Positions 10,661-23,500 of a DNA stretch of 64,000 nt are shown piece by piece. The first letter of the stretch is position 1. Each line of letters starts with the position of its first letter. Under the pieces are notes generated by a model that saw nothing but the letters and a program-made list of their open reading frames with translations, ran no database searches and had not been told where the DNA came from. The position numbers were made by a program, and so were the translations under genes. Origin of the DNA: Octopus vulgaris (Eukaryota). The DNA is taken from positions 34,286,001 through 34,350,000 of the forward strand of contig OX597823.1 of NCBI GenBank assembly GCA_951406725.2, written 5' to 3'.

Positions 10661-13600
10661 CTGTAAAATAAATAAGAAAAACAAATTTAGAATAAAATTC
10701 AAGGTAAACTTGTAGCAATAAGTGAAACAAAATTAAAGAGCATGGATGCAATCTATTGACTACTCTGGTGTCACACTAATGTAGTGAACCTAACAAGTTT
10801 CATTTTAGGAAATTACTATTAGTAAATCTCACGAGAGATATTCAGCAAGAGTACTTTGGAGTAAAGATTGCTTGCCAACATAACCTGGCAGTCCTGTTCT
10901 GCGTTGGGTGTAAGAGACGAACTCTATAACTGGTTAAAGTCCTTTATTTTCAGCCGAAAAGAGGTTGTCACAGTTCTAGGACAGCACTCTTCGCCCTATG
11001 AGATGACATCTGGTGTACCACAGGGATCTGTTCTTGGCCCCCTTTTATTTGTTGCATATGTTAATGACATAGATGCCAACTTAAAGAATGCCACAGTGCT
11101 GAAACACGCAGATGACATCAAGCTGTACCTCGAAATAAAGAGGTCAAATCCTGTACACTATAGATCTCTATTGCAAGCAGACCTGGACACAATGCAGCAG
11201 TGGGTCATGGACTTGCAACTCAAGCTGGCTGTGGACAAATGTACCACCATGCATTTTGGGAGGAGAAACCCAGCGTCCACCTACTCCCTCCACAACACTA
11301 GTCTCAAAAAGTCTTCATGTGAACGTGACCTGGGTGTTATTGTTGACAGTGATTTGCGTTGGACAAAACACATCGCTAAAATTGTCAAGAAGGCTGAGGG
11401 TGTCTTGGCATCGCTCACCAAATCCTTTGTGAGCCGCTCTCCGGCTATCTATCTGCGGTTTTATATAGCTATGGTAAGACCTCACCTGGAATTTGCATCA
11501 CCGGTCTGGAACCCCTATCTTGCCCAGGATATCAATCATCTGGAAGCTGTTCAGCGACGTGCAACCAAAAGAATACCCACCATCAGGCATTTGCCATATC
11601 CTGAACGCCTTACTTCCCTGGGCATGGACACATTGAAACTCCGACGTCTGGCAGCTGACTTGGCAGACACCCATAAAATTATCAACCATCGTACAAACAA
11701 TAACTCTGAGCACCTTTTCAAACTCCACCCATCTAACACCCGTGGACATATTTACAAAGTAAGAAAACAGCACAGCTCCCATGACTTCAGAAAACATTTT
11801 TTCACGCTGAGAGTTGCTGAAGCATGGAACAAACTGCCGGCATCAGTTGTTAGTTGTCGGAGCACTGCATCCTTCAAAACTTCCATGCTTCCTGAGATTC
11901 GCCAACACTACACTTGATTTTCTCCCCTCCATACACACACAAGCATGTATCTGACTCATACATTGTTCGCTTTCCAGACATTTCTACATTACTGCATGTA
12001 CTTTATATGCACTTTCTGACAAGTTGTGGTGCACCTGAGCACTGTATACAATAATTTCATTATTATTATTTTATGACGAATGTTGCTGTAATTTAGCCCC
12101 AGGAGACATTGTCTCCAGCTGGCTATACGGCATGATCTGTGTCCTTATAATTTCAAAAATATAAGGACGCAGATCATCGTATAGCCAACTGGAGACGATG
12201 TCTCCTGGGGCTAAATTACAGCAACATTCGTCGTAAACCAGGATTGCCATGTTATGTTAGCAAATAATCTTTACTCCAAGTTTCATTTTGTTAGTAATGC
12301 ATGCTTAGGAGAGACATCATAGAAATATTAATTAATGGCTACAATAAATCATTCCTAATTTAGTTGGATACGATTGATGAAAGTATTTTTTTAAAAAACT
12401 AAGACTTGAAATTCTACAAATAAATTTTATAGAAAACAGTAAAAGTTTATAAGAAGGAGAAGTATAGAAGTCAAGTCTATCAGTTTGTTCAGAATAAGAT
12501 TTAAAAAAAAAATATTGGTTGCTGTTTGATTCTTTCATCTCACAGTTGTTAAGAATGTCTTCTAGCTATGTTATGGTGGTTTCCATAATAATTCTTTAAT
12601 AAATTGTAAAGAAATATTTTTCGCTGAGTTAAGAATTTTGTAATATCTAAGATATCAGATATTGCTAGTAGGACCAAAATATAAACTGAAGGAAATATAA
12701 ACAGAAAACAAAAATATGCTTTTAGAGAGTCACAAACTCTCAAACAACATTGGTTTAGGGTCCAACAACTGATCCAAGAAAAAGGTTTAGTAAATATTTT
12801 TGATTTTTTTAAACATCTATTTCCCCATATTTGGGTGGGTGGAAATAGTTTGGTTGTTTTATGTTGATAAGCAATAACATTCCTATCACTGAACAGTCAA
12901 CTGTGAAATACAAGTGGAGCATAATTTTTAGTTTCATGAGACAAAATTGAAGAGAGAATGGCAGTCAATGAGGAGCATTCAAAAGTTAAGATGGAAGAAA
13001 ATATGTCGCAAACTGATTAAATTACTAAAAAAGAAAACTTTACAAGATCATATAGTTCTATATTTAAGAGAAGAGGAATTATGTACATTATTTACATTTG
13101 ACAGATATTTGTCCTTATTTTGTTTGTTGTTAACACGTTTTGGCTGATATACTGTCCAGCCTTCATTAGGTGTCTTGGGGAAATTTTGAACCTGGGTTCT
13201 CATTCCTAAGGTATTTTTTGATATTATTATTATTATTATTATTGTTATTATTATTATCATTATCATTATTATTATTATTATTCAGGTCACTGAATAGTAA
13301 TAATTAACCATTACGCCATATACCCACAGGCATATGGCGTAGTGGTTAAGAGCGCGGGCTACTAACACCAAGATTCCATGTTTGATTCCAAGCAGTGACC
13401 TGAATAATAATAATAACATCGAAAAATTACCTTAAGAATGAGAACCATGGTTCAAAATTTCCCCCAAGACACCTGATAAAGGTTGGAGGGTATATCAGCC
13501 GAAACATGTTAACAACAAACAAGATGAGGACAAATATCCATCAAATGTAAATAATGTAAATAGTTTACAAGATCATCACAACAGCAGTAAAATTTCAATT

Positions 13601-16600
13601 TGTGACAACAGTTCAGAACCTTAAGCTCACAGATGTTGCATAAAATTCAATCTTCCATCCATGTCCTTCCTTAACTGTGTGTGTGTATGTGTGTTTACAG
13701 TGGTCAAATTAACAACTGACCTTCTTATTGCAATATCATGTAATCCACATACAATGACTAAATTAAAAACTGACCTTTACATGGCCTGTAACACATTATT
13801 CTATTTGTGCTGTATTTACAAAGGTGTTTATATTTTAAAAAGACAAATGAAGGCGGAACAGGAGAAACAAGGGTTAAAATAAAGAAACCCCACCAGAAAA
13901 CTGCCACAACTTACATCAACAATATCATCATCAAAAAGTAACCAGAAGCCATGGCTTTTAACAATGCTGATGTAGTGGCCTCTGTTAGGTCCACTTCCAC
14001 AATGAATCACCACTGCTACCAAGTCATACAGTCGGTACGGATTATATGCATCATCAGACTGAAAAACAACAGAATAAATGAGATGCATAATTAATTAGAA
14101 ACATTGAAAAAACAAAGTAACTTTTTAATCACAATTTAATTGCTTTTTTTTCATTTTAATTGTTTTTTTTTCTTTTTTCGTTAAAGACTATGATTGACAG
14201 AAATACAGGAATTGTAGCAATACAGTGGACATCATCAACCTTTAATGTCTGCTTTCCATGCTGGCATGGGTTGGATGGTTTGACCAGAACTGGCAAGCTG
14301 GGAAGATGTACAGGACACCAGTCTGATTTGGCCTGGTTTTTACGGTTGGATGCCCTTCCTAATACCAACCACTATTCAGTGTGAGCTGTAAATCTGTTTA
14401 TATACTGTCCATCTTGAAGATTTCCATTCACTACTGCAAGGTAGTTGTTGATCCTAGGATTGATTTATCTGTCCTTTTAACAGGAAGTCTTGTTTTAGTC
14501 CTGCTGGAATCCTTTAATCTTTAGTCCAATGATTTGCAGTTAAACATTGAGATTAATGCTGGCATTGTATCAAGACATACAATGCCACATTGGCAATAAC
14601 AAAATTATATTGAGATTAGCTTAAATTTTGTTCAAATATTCTCAACTAGTGTATATAATTTAGTTTTCCCTAGTAAAGTCTACATTGTTATAGTAAAACA
14701 ATGTTAACAGTTAAATCTTAATAAATACAAGAAAAAATTACTATGTATATATGTGTTTTATTAAATACACAACTATGTTCATGTTCTATCTTTTATGTTT
14801 TATATTTTTTTATATTTTTTATTAGCTTTTTACAATTGGTTTGGAACAATAGAGTTCCTAAATCCATATCTGATGTTTCCAGACCTTCACAGTCTCATTT
14901 TCAAGAATTGAAACTGAATATATTTGGCGTCTGTGTAGTTTCTTATACATTGATTGAATTTGTGTAAACTTTGGCAATATTGTTAAAATGTTTGCTTTGG
15001 AAAAGTGGGCAATGAAATAATGGCAGCAGCAATGATATACATATATGTGTGTGTGTGAGAATTGTGGGTGGAGAGGACATTGTTAAGAATCATCATCATC
15101 GTTTAACGTCTGCTTTCCATTCTGGTGTGGGTTGGACGGTTTGACTGAGGATGGCAAGCCAGAAGGCTGCACCAGACTCCAATCTGATCTGGCAATGTTT
15201 CTACAGCTGGATGCCCTTCCTAATGCTTACCACTCCAAGAGTGTAGTTGGTATTTTTTATGTGCCACCGGCACAAGGGCCAGTCAGGCGATACTGCAACA
15301 ACCACGCTCAAAAGGTGTTTTTTCATGCCACCTGCACAGGTGCCAGTCTGGCGGCACTAGCAATGTCCAACATTTGAATGTTGTTTTTCACATGCCACCG
15401 GCACATGTGCCAGTAAGGCGACACTGGCAACGATCACACTCAAATGGTGTGTTTTACGTGCCACCAGCATGGGAGCCAGTCAGTGGCCCTGGCAATGATC
15501 ACACTTGGATGGTGCTTTTAACGTTAAGAATGTGTATGTGTGTACCATGTTTTTAGTGGTGATAAACAGGAGTACTTACGGTATTAAATAAACGTAGTTC
15601 TAAAGGAAATACAACTCGGTAGGAAAGTTTTGTGTAGCGGTTCAACTGCTCCATATATTTGAAACGCTTTAAGTGCAAGGCAAGAATCTGAGGTAATTTT
15701 TTTACTCGCATTCTAAAACAAAAGAATTCATATGAAATTAAATCATTTATAAAAAAAATGCTGTTTTAAAAAAATGTTACACAAAAAATCTTTAGCTCTT
15801 TAGCATTTAAACTGGTCATATCTGGCTCAAATATTCTACCTGTTTCATGTTGAAAGTGATCAGATTTTACCTCTCACACCTACCCTACAGTGTCATTTTG
15901 AAAATATATAATCACATACATTTGAGAGAGTAAAGTGAATGCTTAAGGGATAAAAATCAATAATGTCAGCACTTTGTCTTTTTAATCTTACATATTTTAA
16001 AGAATGCTCTAACAGAGATACAATGTTTGTTTTTATGTTGACAAAAAAACAATTTTACATCAAACTGAAGGAGTGCCCAATACATTTGGTAGAATACAAA
16101 TTATTCTTTAAGAAGATTAGTACTGACAGTGACTTTGAAGTAATCAGCTAGTGTGTGTATGTACACACACGTACCTTTTTTTTTTACTCTTTCTGGTTGA
16201 ATTCTTAAGTGTGACAAACTGAGACTATGAAATATTACTAACCACCTTGTTCTACCCTCAGGGTCTCCAACCAGTTGGTTTGTCTTCAAGAATCCATTTC
16301 GCAATTCATTCCCAAGACATTCTAAATACATGTCCATAGCACTGGAGCTGTGATCTCTCAATGCAGAGAGAAGTAGAAGTTTGACCTAGAGACACAGACT
16401 GATCTCCAAGCTTTGCACCCTGTCAAGTAACATTACACCAGAGATCCATCAGAGGAACCCCCTGGTGGCAGCTTGTATTCATAATCATACTCTTTCGGTC
16501 ATTACCTAACATTCACGACCAAAGCTGATGATAAACATGAAAACTGAATGGAAAACAGCAAGGTTAGCCTTTACAAGAAAGAAAATGACACTGATTTTGA

Positions 16601-16786
16601 AGTTTAGACTTCTTTATTTTCATTAGTCTGATGAGGACAAACAAGCCAAAATTTCAAAGTCACTTCAATCTTTCGCTTGCAAAACTTGAATAAATATTCT
16701 CATATCCTATTAAAATGCATCAAGTAATCCTTTAGTTTAATGGTTTAATGTTAAATTGCTTTTACATACAACTTGACATAAATACA

Positions 16787-16827
<41 letters not shown>

Positions 16828-17488
16828 GGAACAAAAATGCAATGGAGGGCATTAAAACGTTCGGTTAGATAGACGATACAAAGGTGGACAAGAGAAACAA
16901 CAATAAGAAGGACAGGCAAAAAAAAAAAACAGGTCATTCCTGGTTTTCTTTCATTAGTCAAGTCCCAGAAGTCATGACCATTTCGGGCAGTTACACTTGA
17001 GATGGTTCGATCTCGTTGCCCCCAAAACAGTCTAAGCTAAGACCATTAGAGCCCTTTGTAAGAAAGCTAGTGAATGTATAAGGCAACAAAAACAAAAAGA
17101 CAAACAAACAAAAAAAAAATGGAGAACATGGTACGAAGTGTAAGTTTAAGCTGGTTATAATCACTGGAATGACAACAAACCTTTTTTGAGCCTCCTGTTT
17201 ACTACAGCACACCTCACAGTAATATTTATGTTCAGCACATAACGTCTCTGTGTTACTAAAACCTCGTAAACAATGGGTTATTGATGTGTTCTGCTCAACA
17301 TCAACAGATAAATCTAGAAAATCTTCATCTTTACTACTGACCTGAAATACAATGACATAATAAATCATTTCAAAGTCATACAATTAGAGGTGTAATCCTA
17401 TGTTAAAAATATAAAGATTTACATACACACACATGTAAATATATATACATATATACACACATATACACACATATATACACATATATGC

Positions 17489-17551
<63 letters not shown>

Positions 17552-20500
17552 AATAATAATAAAGGGTAAAATTAATTAATCAATTAATAATGAATCATTT
17601 TACCAAGTAGTTTGGTATATTAAAAGAACCATTATCGGTTACGTTATACAAAAACTCTATAATTATAAAGCATAATTATAATTAGGGTTCAGCAAAATTT
17701 GCTTCACCACATACCAAAATTTAGAAATAGCAATTAAATACTATTCCACTACCATAAGATATCTCCCAGACAGCAATACTTTACAACTCACGGAGGCAAA
17801 GAGAAAGATTAACTATATACGCATTTCTGGTTTGAAGAGATGTATAAAAATGTAAAAATCATATTTCTACTCACTTATTCCCATCATCAGTATAGTATTT
17901 CAATTTTAAATTTAAGAGCACTGATAATTAACATACTGATAATTAACGTTATGTTAATTATCAGTGCTCTCAAATTTGAAATTGAAATACTATACTGAAG
18001 AAGGGAATGTGAGTAGAAATATGATTTTACATCTTTTTTCATCTTTTTAACCCAGAAATGCATATATAGTTTATCAAAGCCGGGTGGATTCATTATTTTT
18101 TCTCTTTGTTTGCATGAGTTGTAGAGTATTGCTGTCTGGGAGATATCTTATGATAATGGAATAGTATTTAACTGCTACTTCTAAATTTCGGTATGTGGTG
18201 AAGCAAAGTTTGCTGAACCTTAATTATAATTATGCTTATATTTATAAAATTTATACAAACACACACACACACACACATATATATAATGTGAATTGTGTTA
18301 AAACCTCATTCTGCACATCTTTAGTTATGAAGATAAAACATCAAAATTTATGGCAGAGGGTAAAAGAGGAGCAGATAAATCTCCAAGGAATTACCACAGT
18401 GACCAGAGCAAACAACACTTGTCTCTCCAATGCATTGCTAGTCTCTACACTTACCACAGACTTCACACTGAATCAGTAAATGGGTGTGCTTATGAACTGA
18501 TTCAACGGCTGTAAATTGATGCAGCTGGTGCAAGGTCACACCACTCGCACACTAGATATACATTTTGCTGTATATAAAGAGATTCACTGCAAGCTTATAG
18601 GTTAAGTCTTCATATTTGATTCTTCATTGCCCACAAGGGGCTAAACATAGAGGGGACAAATAAGGACAGACAAAGGGACTAAGTTGATTACATCAACCCC
18701 AGTGACTACTGGTACTTATTTAATTGACCCCAAAAGGATGAAAGGCAAAGTCAACCTCAGCGGAATTTGAACTCAGAACATAGCAGCAGATGAAATACCA
18801 CTTAAGCATTTCGCCTGGTGTGCTAATGATTCTGCTTGTATCACTTCACTTTTCTGTCAATAATAGATATTTAATCTCTCTCTGGAGAAGTTACCTGCAA
18901 AAGACCTGTATCTTCACCAGCTTAATTGCCATGATGCCAGGTATAAGCAGTGAGTCTTTTATGGGGACATTAATACTTATCAAGTATGTTCATACATTTC
19001 ACAGAGGGCATGAGAGAATCTGGAGTAAGAACGGCATGGAAGAAGTTTACGGAGTTGTTACCTTTGTTGATAACAGGGTTTTTGTTTTGTTTTGTTTGGT
19101 CTCCATGCAAAAGTCAAAACTGTATGAAGCATGTAAAAAGTGCAATGATGACACAAACATCTTTGCATTTTTTTTCATTAGTTTAGTCTGGAAGAAGAAA
19201 AGGGTTGTGTCCATGGCTTTTACAGGCCCTCTAAGACCAGTTGATGTTGCTTTTACATTATTGTAAATTTCAGACTGTTGTCATTCCAAGAATGACTTGG
19301 AATAGTGGTTAGTGAGGAACCTAGAAGTATTGGAAACAATATGGGTAGTGGGAAGAAGAACGAGGAGTGGACTGAGAGTGCCTGGGTGGAGATGGTATGA
19401 GAACAGCCAACTCAAGAGTAGAAGTCATAGTGGAAACAGTAGGAGAAACAAGGAGAAAAGATGGCACATTTGTGGGCCAGAGATTGGAGAAAGTTTGTGA
19501 GTGATTTTATGATAATCAGTCAAGTGACACTACTGTGGGTCACACCTGAGCTCTAGTGTTTATTGTAAGGGCTGATGTATTTACTGGTCTTTGATTGCTG
19601 GAGAGGAATGAAGGTGGTATCATATATGGAAAAAGAGGCATTGCTGAAGGTGACGGCAAGTAGGTTTTACAGCAAGAAGAGTACAGTAGGCAAAACCAAA
19701 ACCTAGAACAAGCCAGTGTTGATAGAGGATAGGCCAAAGAGAACTCCACAAACACGCACAATATATATACTGTGTTCTGATTGAAGAGAGCACATAGGTA
19801 GCAGTTTTGAAAGATTTGCACATGTCAGACATGGTTGTAAACAAAGCTTGTTTGTAGGGCTGGCATGCAAATCTTGAGGTCAATAACACTGGTTTCATCA
19901 AATTTCTTGCGAGTAAGATGTCACTGGTGAGTACCATAAGTAGATATCCAGCAGATCTTACTTTACAAAAGCTGTACTGACAGTCATTAAGGTGAGAAAG
20001 AGAGTGATGGATAATGTTGTTAATATCAGTCTCCTTCACTTTTTGACAAATTGGAAGTGAATGAAACAACAAAAGTTGGCAGTTTCAGAAGGGTTGCCAT
20101 TTTCTGGAATGGGATTCACTGTGGGACGTTTCCAAAGATTGTAATATACCCCTTGAGAAAAAGGAAAACTGAAGCATATACGGATGTGATGAGGAGTTGT
20201 GATGAAGTGGTTGGATAACTTGATCAGTGCAAAGGAAATTAAAGTTTGGTTGGAAATAAGAAAGAGATCAAGGGTGCTTGGAGTGAATGTGCTGCACATT
20301 CATCTAAGCCAGATAAAAGGATTCTCCATTTTGGTACAAGGCTAGAAAATTTTAGATGGAGAGGATTAGCTGATTACATCAACCCCAGGGCTTAACTGGT
20401 CCTTATTTTATTGACCCCAAAAGAAAGAAGGCAAACTCAACTTCAGCAGAATTTTGAACTCAGAATCAGTAGAGCATTGGAAGAAATGCCACCAGGCATT

Positions 20501-23500
20501 TCTTCCAATGCTTTACTGATTCTGCTAGCCAGCTGCATTTGAGCCACATGTAATGAAAAAATGACAATGGTGATGATATTAACAATTAGAAAATAAATAA
20601 AGACTTACTGTTTCACAATTTAAACATCTAGTTTCATTGGTTAGCGTTCCTTGGAAAATATCATGAACCCATGTTGATGCAGCCTTTGGATGGATATCAA
20701 CACCTCCAACTGTTGATTTACTTCGGTTACCCTGTTTCTCTGCTTTGAAACAAAACTCAAACATAATCATCTAACAAAAGCAGCCAAAGAATTTCAATTA
20801 TTATACTAATAATAATGGAATTATTGTGTACAGTACACTACAACTCATCAAAGGTGCATGTGCAGTACACAGAATTATGTACGAAAGTCAGGAAAGAGAA
20901 CTGTGTATGAGTAATGATATACATGTGTGCATGTGTATGGAGAGTGAGGAGATATCAGGTGTAGTGTTAGCGAATTTCAGGAAGCGTGGAGGTTTTTTTT
21001 AAAGGATGCAATGTTTTGACAGCTAACAACTGATACAGGTAGTTTGTGAGAAAATGTTTCCGAAAGTCATGGGAGCTGTGCAGTTTTCTGACTTTGTAGG
21101 CATGCCCATGTGTGTTAAATACATGGAGCTCAAAAAGGTGCTTAAGGTGGTTGTTGGCACGATGGTTGATAATTTCTGAACATGGCATGAATCAGAAAAA
21201 ATTATTTCCTGAACATAACATTGATGTGGGCAAACAATAACAAATAGATATTTCATTTTTATATGAAGAGGTTACATCAAAAGACTGTAGTCAACATGTT
21301 GGTAAGCTCCGATATAAACTTACACCATATCTGTCAATTACTTCCCTTTACATGATTAGAATTCTCTATCAAATTGTGATCGATTCTATGGAAGAGCCAA
21401 TCTAACTTGCTTGTGCTTCTATCTATTCCTCCATCCAAATATCCACCCACCTATATATAAATTCCCGGGTCTATTTATATTAATCTAAATACCTGTTTAC
21501 CTACCTCTATATCAATCTATCAATCCATCTGTTCACTAAATAAACACATTAGCCTGTTTATGTTTCAATACCTTGATCATTTGTCTAGTGATCTATCTAC
21601 AGTGCAAAGTGGAGAAGGTGTCAGCTTCAGTATTACTCATCACCATCACCATCATCGTTTAAGATCCGCTTTCCATGCTGGCATGGGTTGGACGGTTTGA
21701 CTGAGGACTGGCAGGCCAGAAGGCTGCACCAGGCTCCCATCTGATCTGGCAATGTTTCTATGGCTGGATGCCCTTCCTAATGACAACCACTCTGAGAGTG
21801 TAGAGGGTGCTTTTTACATGCCACCAGCATGGAGCCAGTCAAGCGGCACTGGCATCAGCCATGTTCAAATTGTGCTTTTTATGTGCCACCGGTACATGAG
21901 ACAGTCAGATGGAGCTGGCATCGACCACACTTGCATGGTGCTTTTTATGTGTCACGGCATGGGTGCCAGTCAGGTGGGACTGCCATTGGCCATGACTACA
22001 ACTTCACTTGACTTAACAGGTCTTCTGAAGCACAGCATATTGCCTGAAAATTGAAGGGTACTTTTAGACAGGCCAGTTATGTAACACTAGTATCAGCACA
22101 AAAGATACTTCTATACTATAAATGCTAGGTTCAGTCATGTGTACCAGTGGCTTGTCTAATGTAAACAGCCTTTTATAGTCAGTGAGTCTTGTGATACCAG
22201 GTAACGGTGAATGCTGTAATATTTTGATGTATATTACCCTGCTGTCGGTCTATTCAAGGCAGTGACTGTCTGTCTACCCATCTATCTATTTACCTACAAG
22301 CACAAATAAAGCACCCAGTACAAACTGTAAAGTAGTTGGTATTAGAAAGGCATCCAACCATAGAAACCTTGCCAAAGTAGACCATGGTGCATGATGCAGT
22401 CCTTGGACCCATCAGATCATGTCAAACTATCCGATTCATGTCAATGTGGAACAAGGACCCTAAATGCTGATGGCAATAATATCCACCCAAGGACTACATA
22501 AGATCTGTTCATACCCCACACAATCTGCCATCACCTTTTCTCTCCTGCTAGTCATCATACCCTCTTCCCAGGCCACTCAGTATTTACATCCATCCATCCT
22601 TATCATTCATCTACCTCTGTTACCACCCATCACTCACTCTACCACTCTCTATCAACCTCTCACTTTAATCACTGTTTCTACCAGCACATTCTTCTTCCCT
22701 TCACTCACTTAACCTGGTTCTTCTTCTATCATTGCTCTGTCTCTCTCTCTCTCTCTTTTATTTATTTTCATGGCCATGTTAATAGAGCAGAAGGCAATGA
22801 GGACCTTTTCATGTTACAGGGTACAAGGTAAGCTCCTTAGTGCTGGTGCTATGACAAAATACAACCAGTTTATTCTGTAAAGTGGTTGGCAAAGAATGGA
22901 GATAAAGTATGGCCAAGAAGACTCTTTAGTCTTGTGGAAGATATGACAACCTCCCAAGTGATGGTGCCATAATAAAGTGCACCCTGTAAATTGGTTGGTG
23001 ACAGGAAAGGCACCAAGTCATAAGCATCAAGTGAAAAATGATATGTGTGAACAAGAAACAATTCTTTGGTCCATCTAGGGGTACAGTGGCAACAAATAGG
23101 AACTGACCAGAACTGTAACGACTCATCCCACCATGGAAAGCAGATATAAAATGATGGTGATGGTGACAGTGTACAGGTATGAGCATGCATTTCAAAAGTT
23201 TGTTTTGCAACCATGTTGTTTCAGGTTCAATTCTACTGTGTGGTACCATGAACAGATGCTTTGTATAGCCTGACTGACCAATGCCTTGTGAATGAAATTT
23301 GCAACATGGAAACTATCAAAGCACACCATATAAATAAGTGTGTGTGTGTGTGTGTGAGAGTGTTTGCCTCTGAGTAATTTCACACTGACATCTCTTGGAA
23401 AGCAGTGACGTGGTTTTTATATACACCATGGAATAAAGTACCTCACTTAAAAACAAGAATTAGTTGGCTTCATAAGGAGCATCTGGCCATAGAATGCCAC

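Noticed and set aside
10868-11917. Domesticated or stand-alone reverse transcriptase gene (retron/DGR-like)
   Set aside because: It lacks the N-terminal RT subdomains and endonuclease, starts with TTG inside another element and ends in a LINE tail: an ordinary 5'-truncated LINE.
13329-13400. Functional tRNA gene
   Set aside because: The tRNA-like A/B boxes continue into a repeated SINE body; the acceptor stem is incomplete.
18790-19266. 158-aa ORF antisense to the gene
   Set aside because: It begins inside a SINE and has no recognisable domain.
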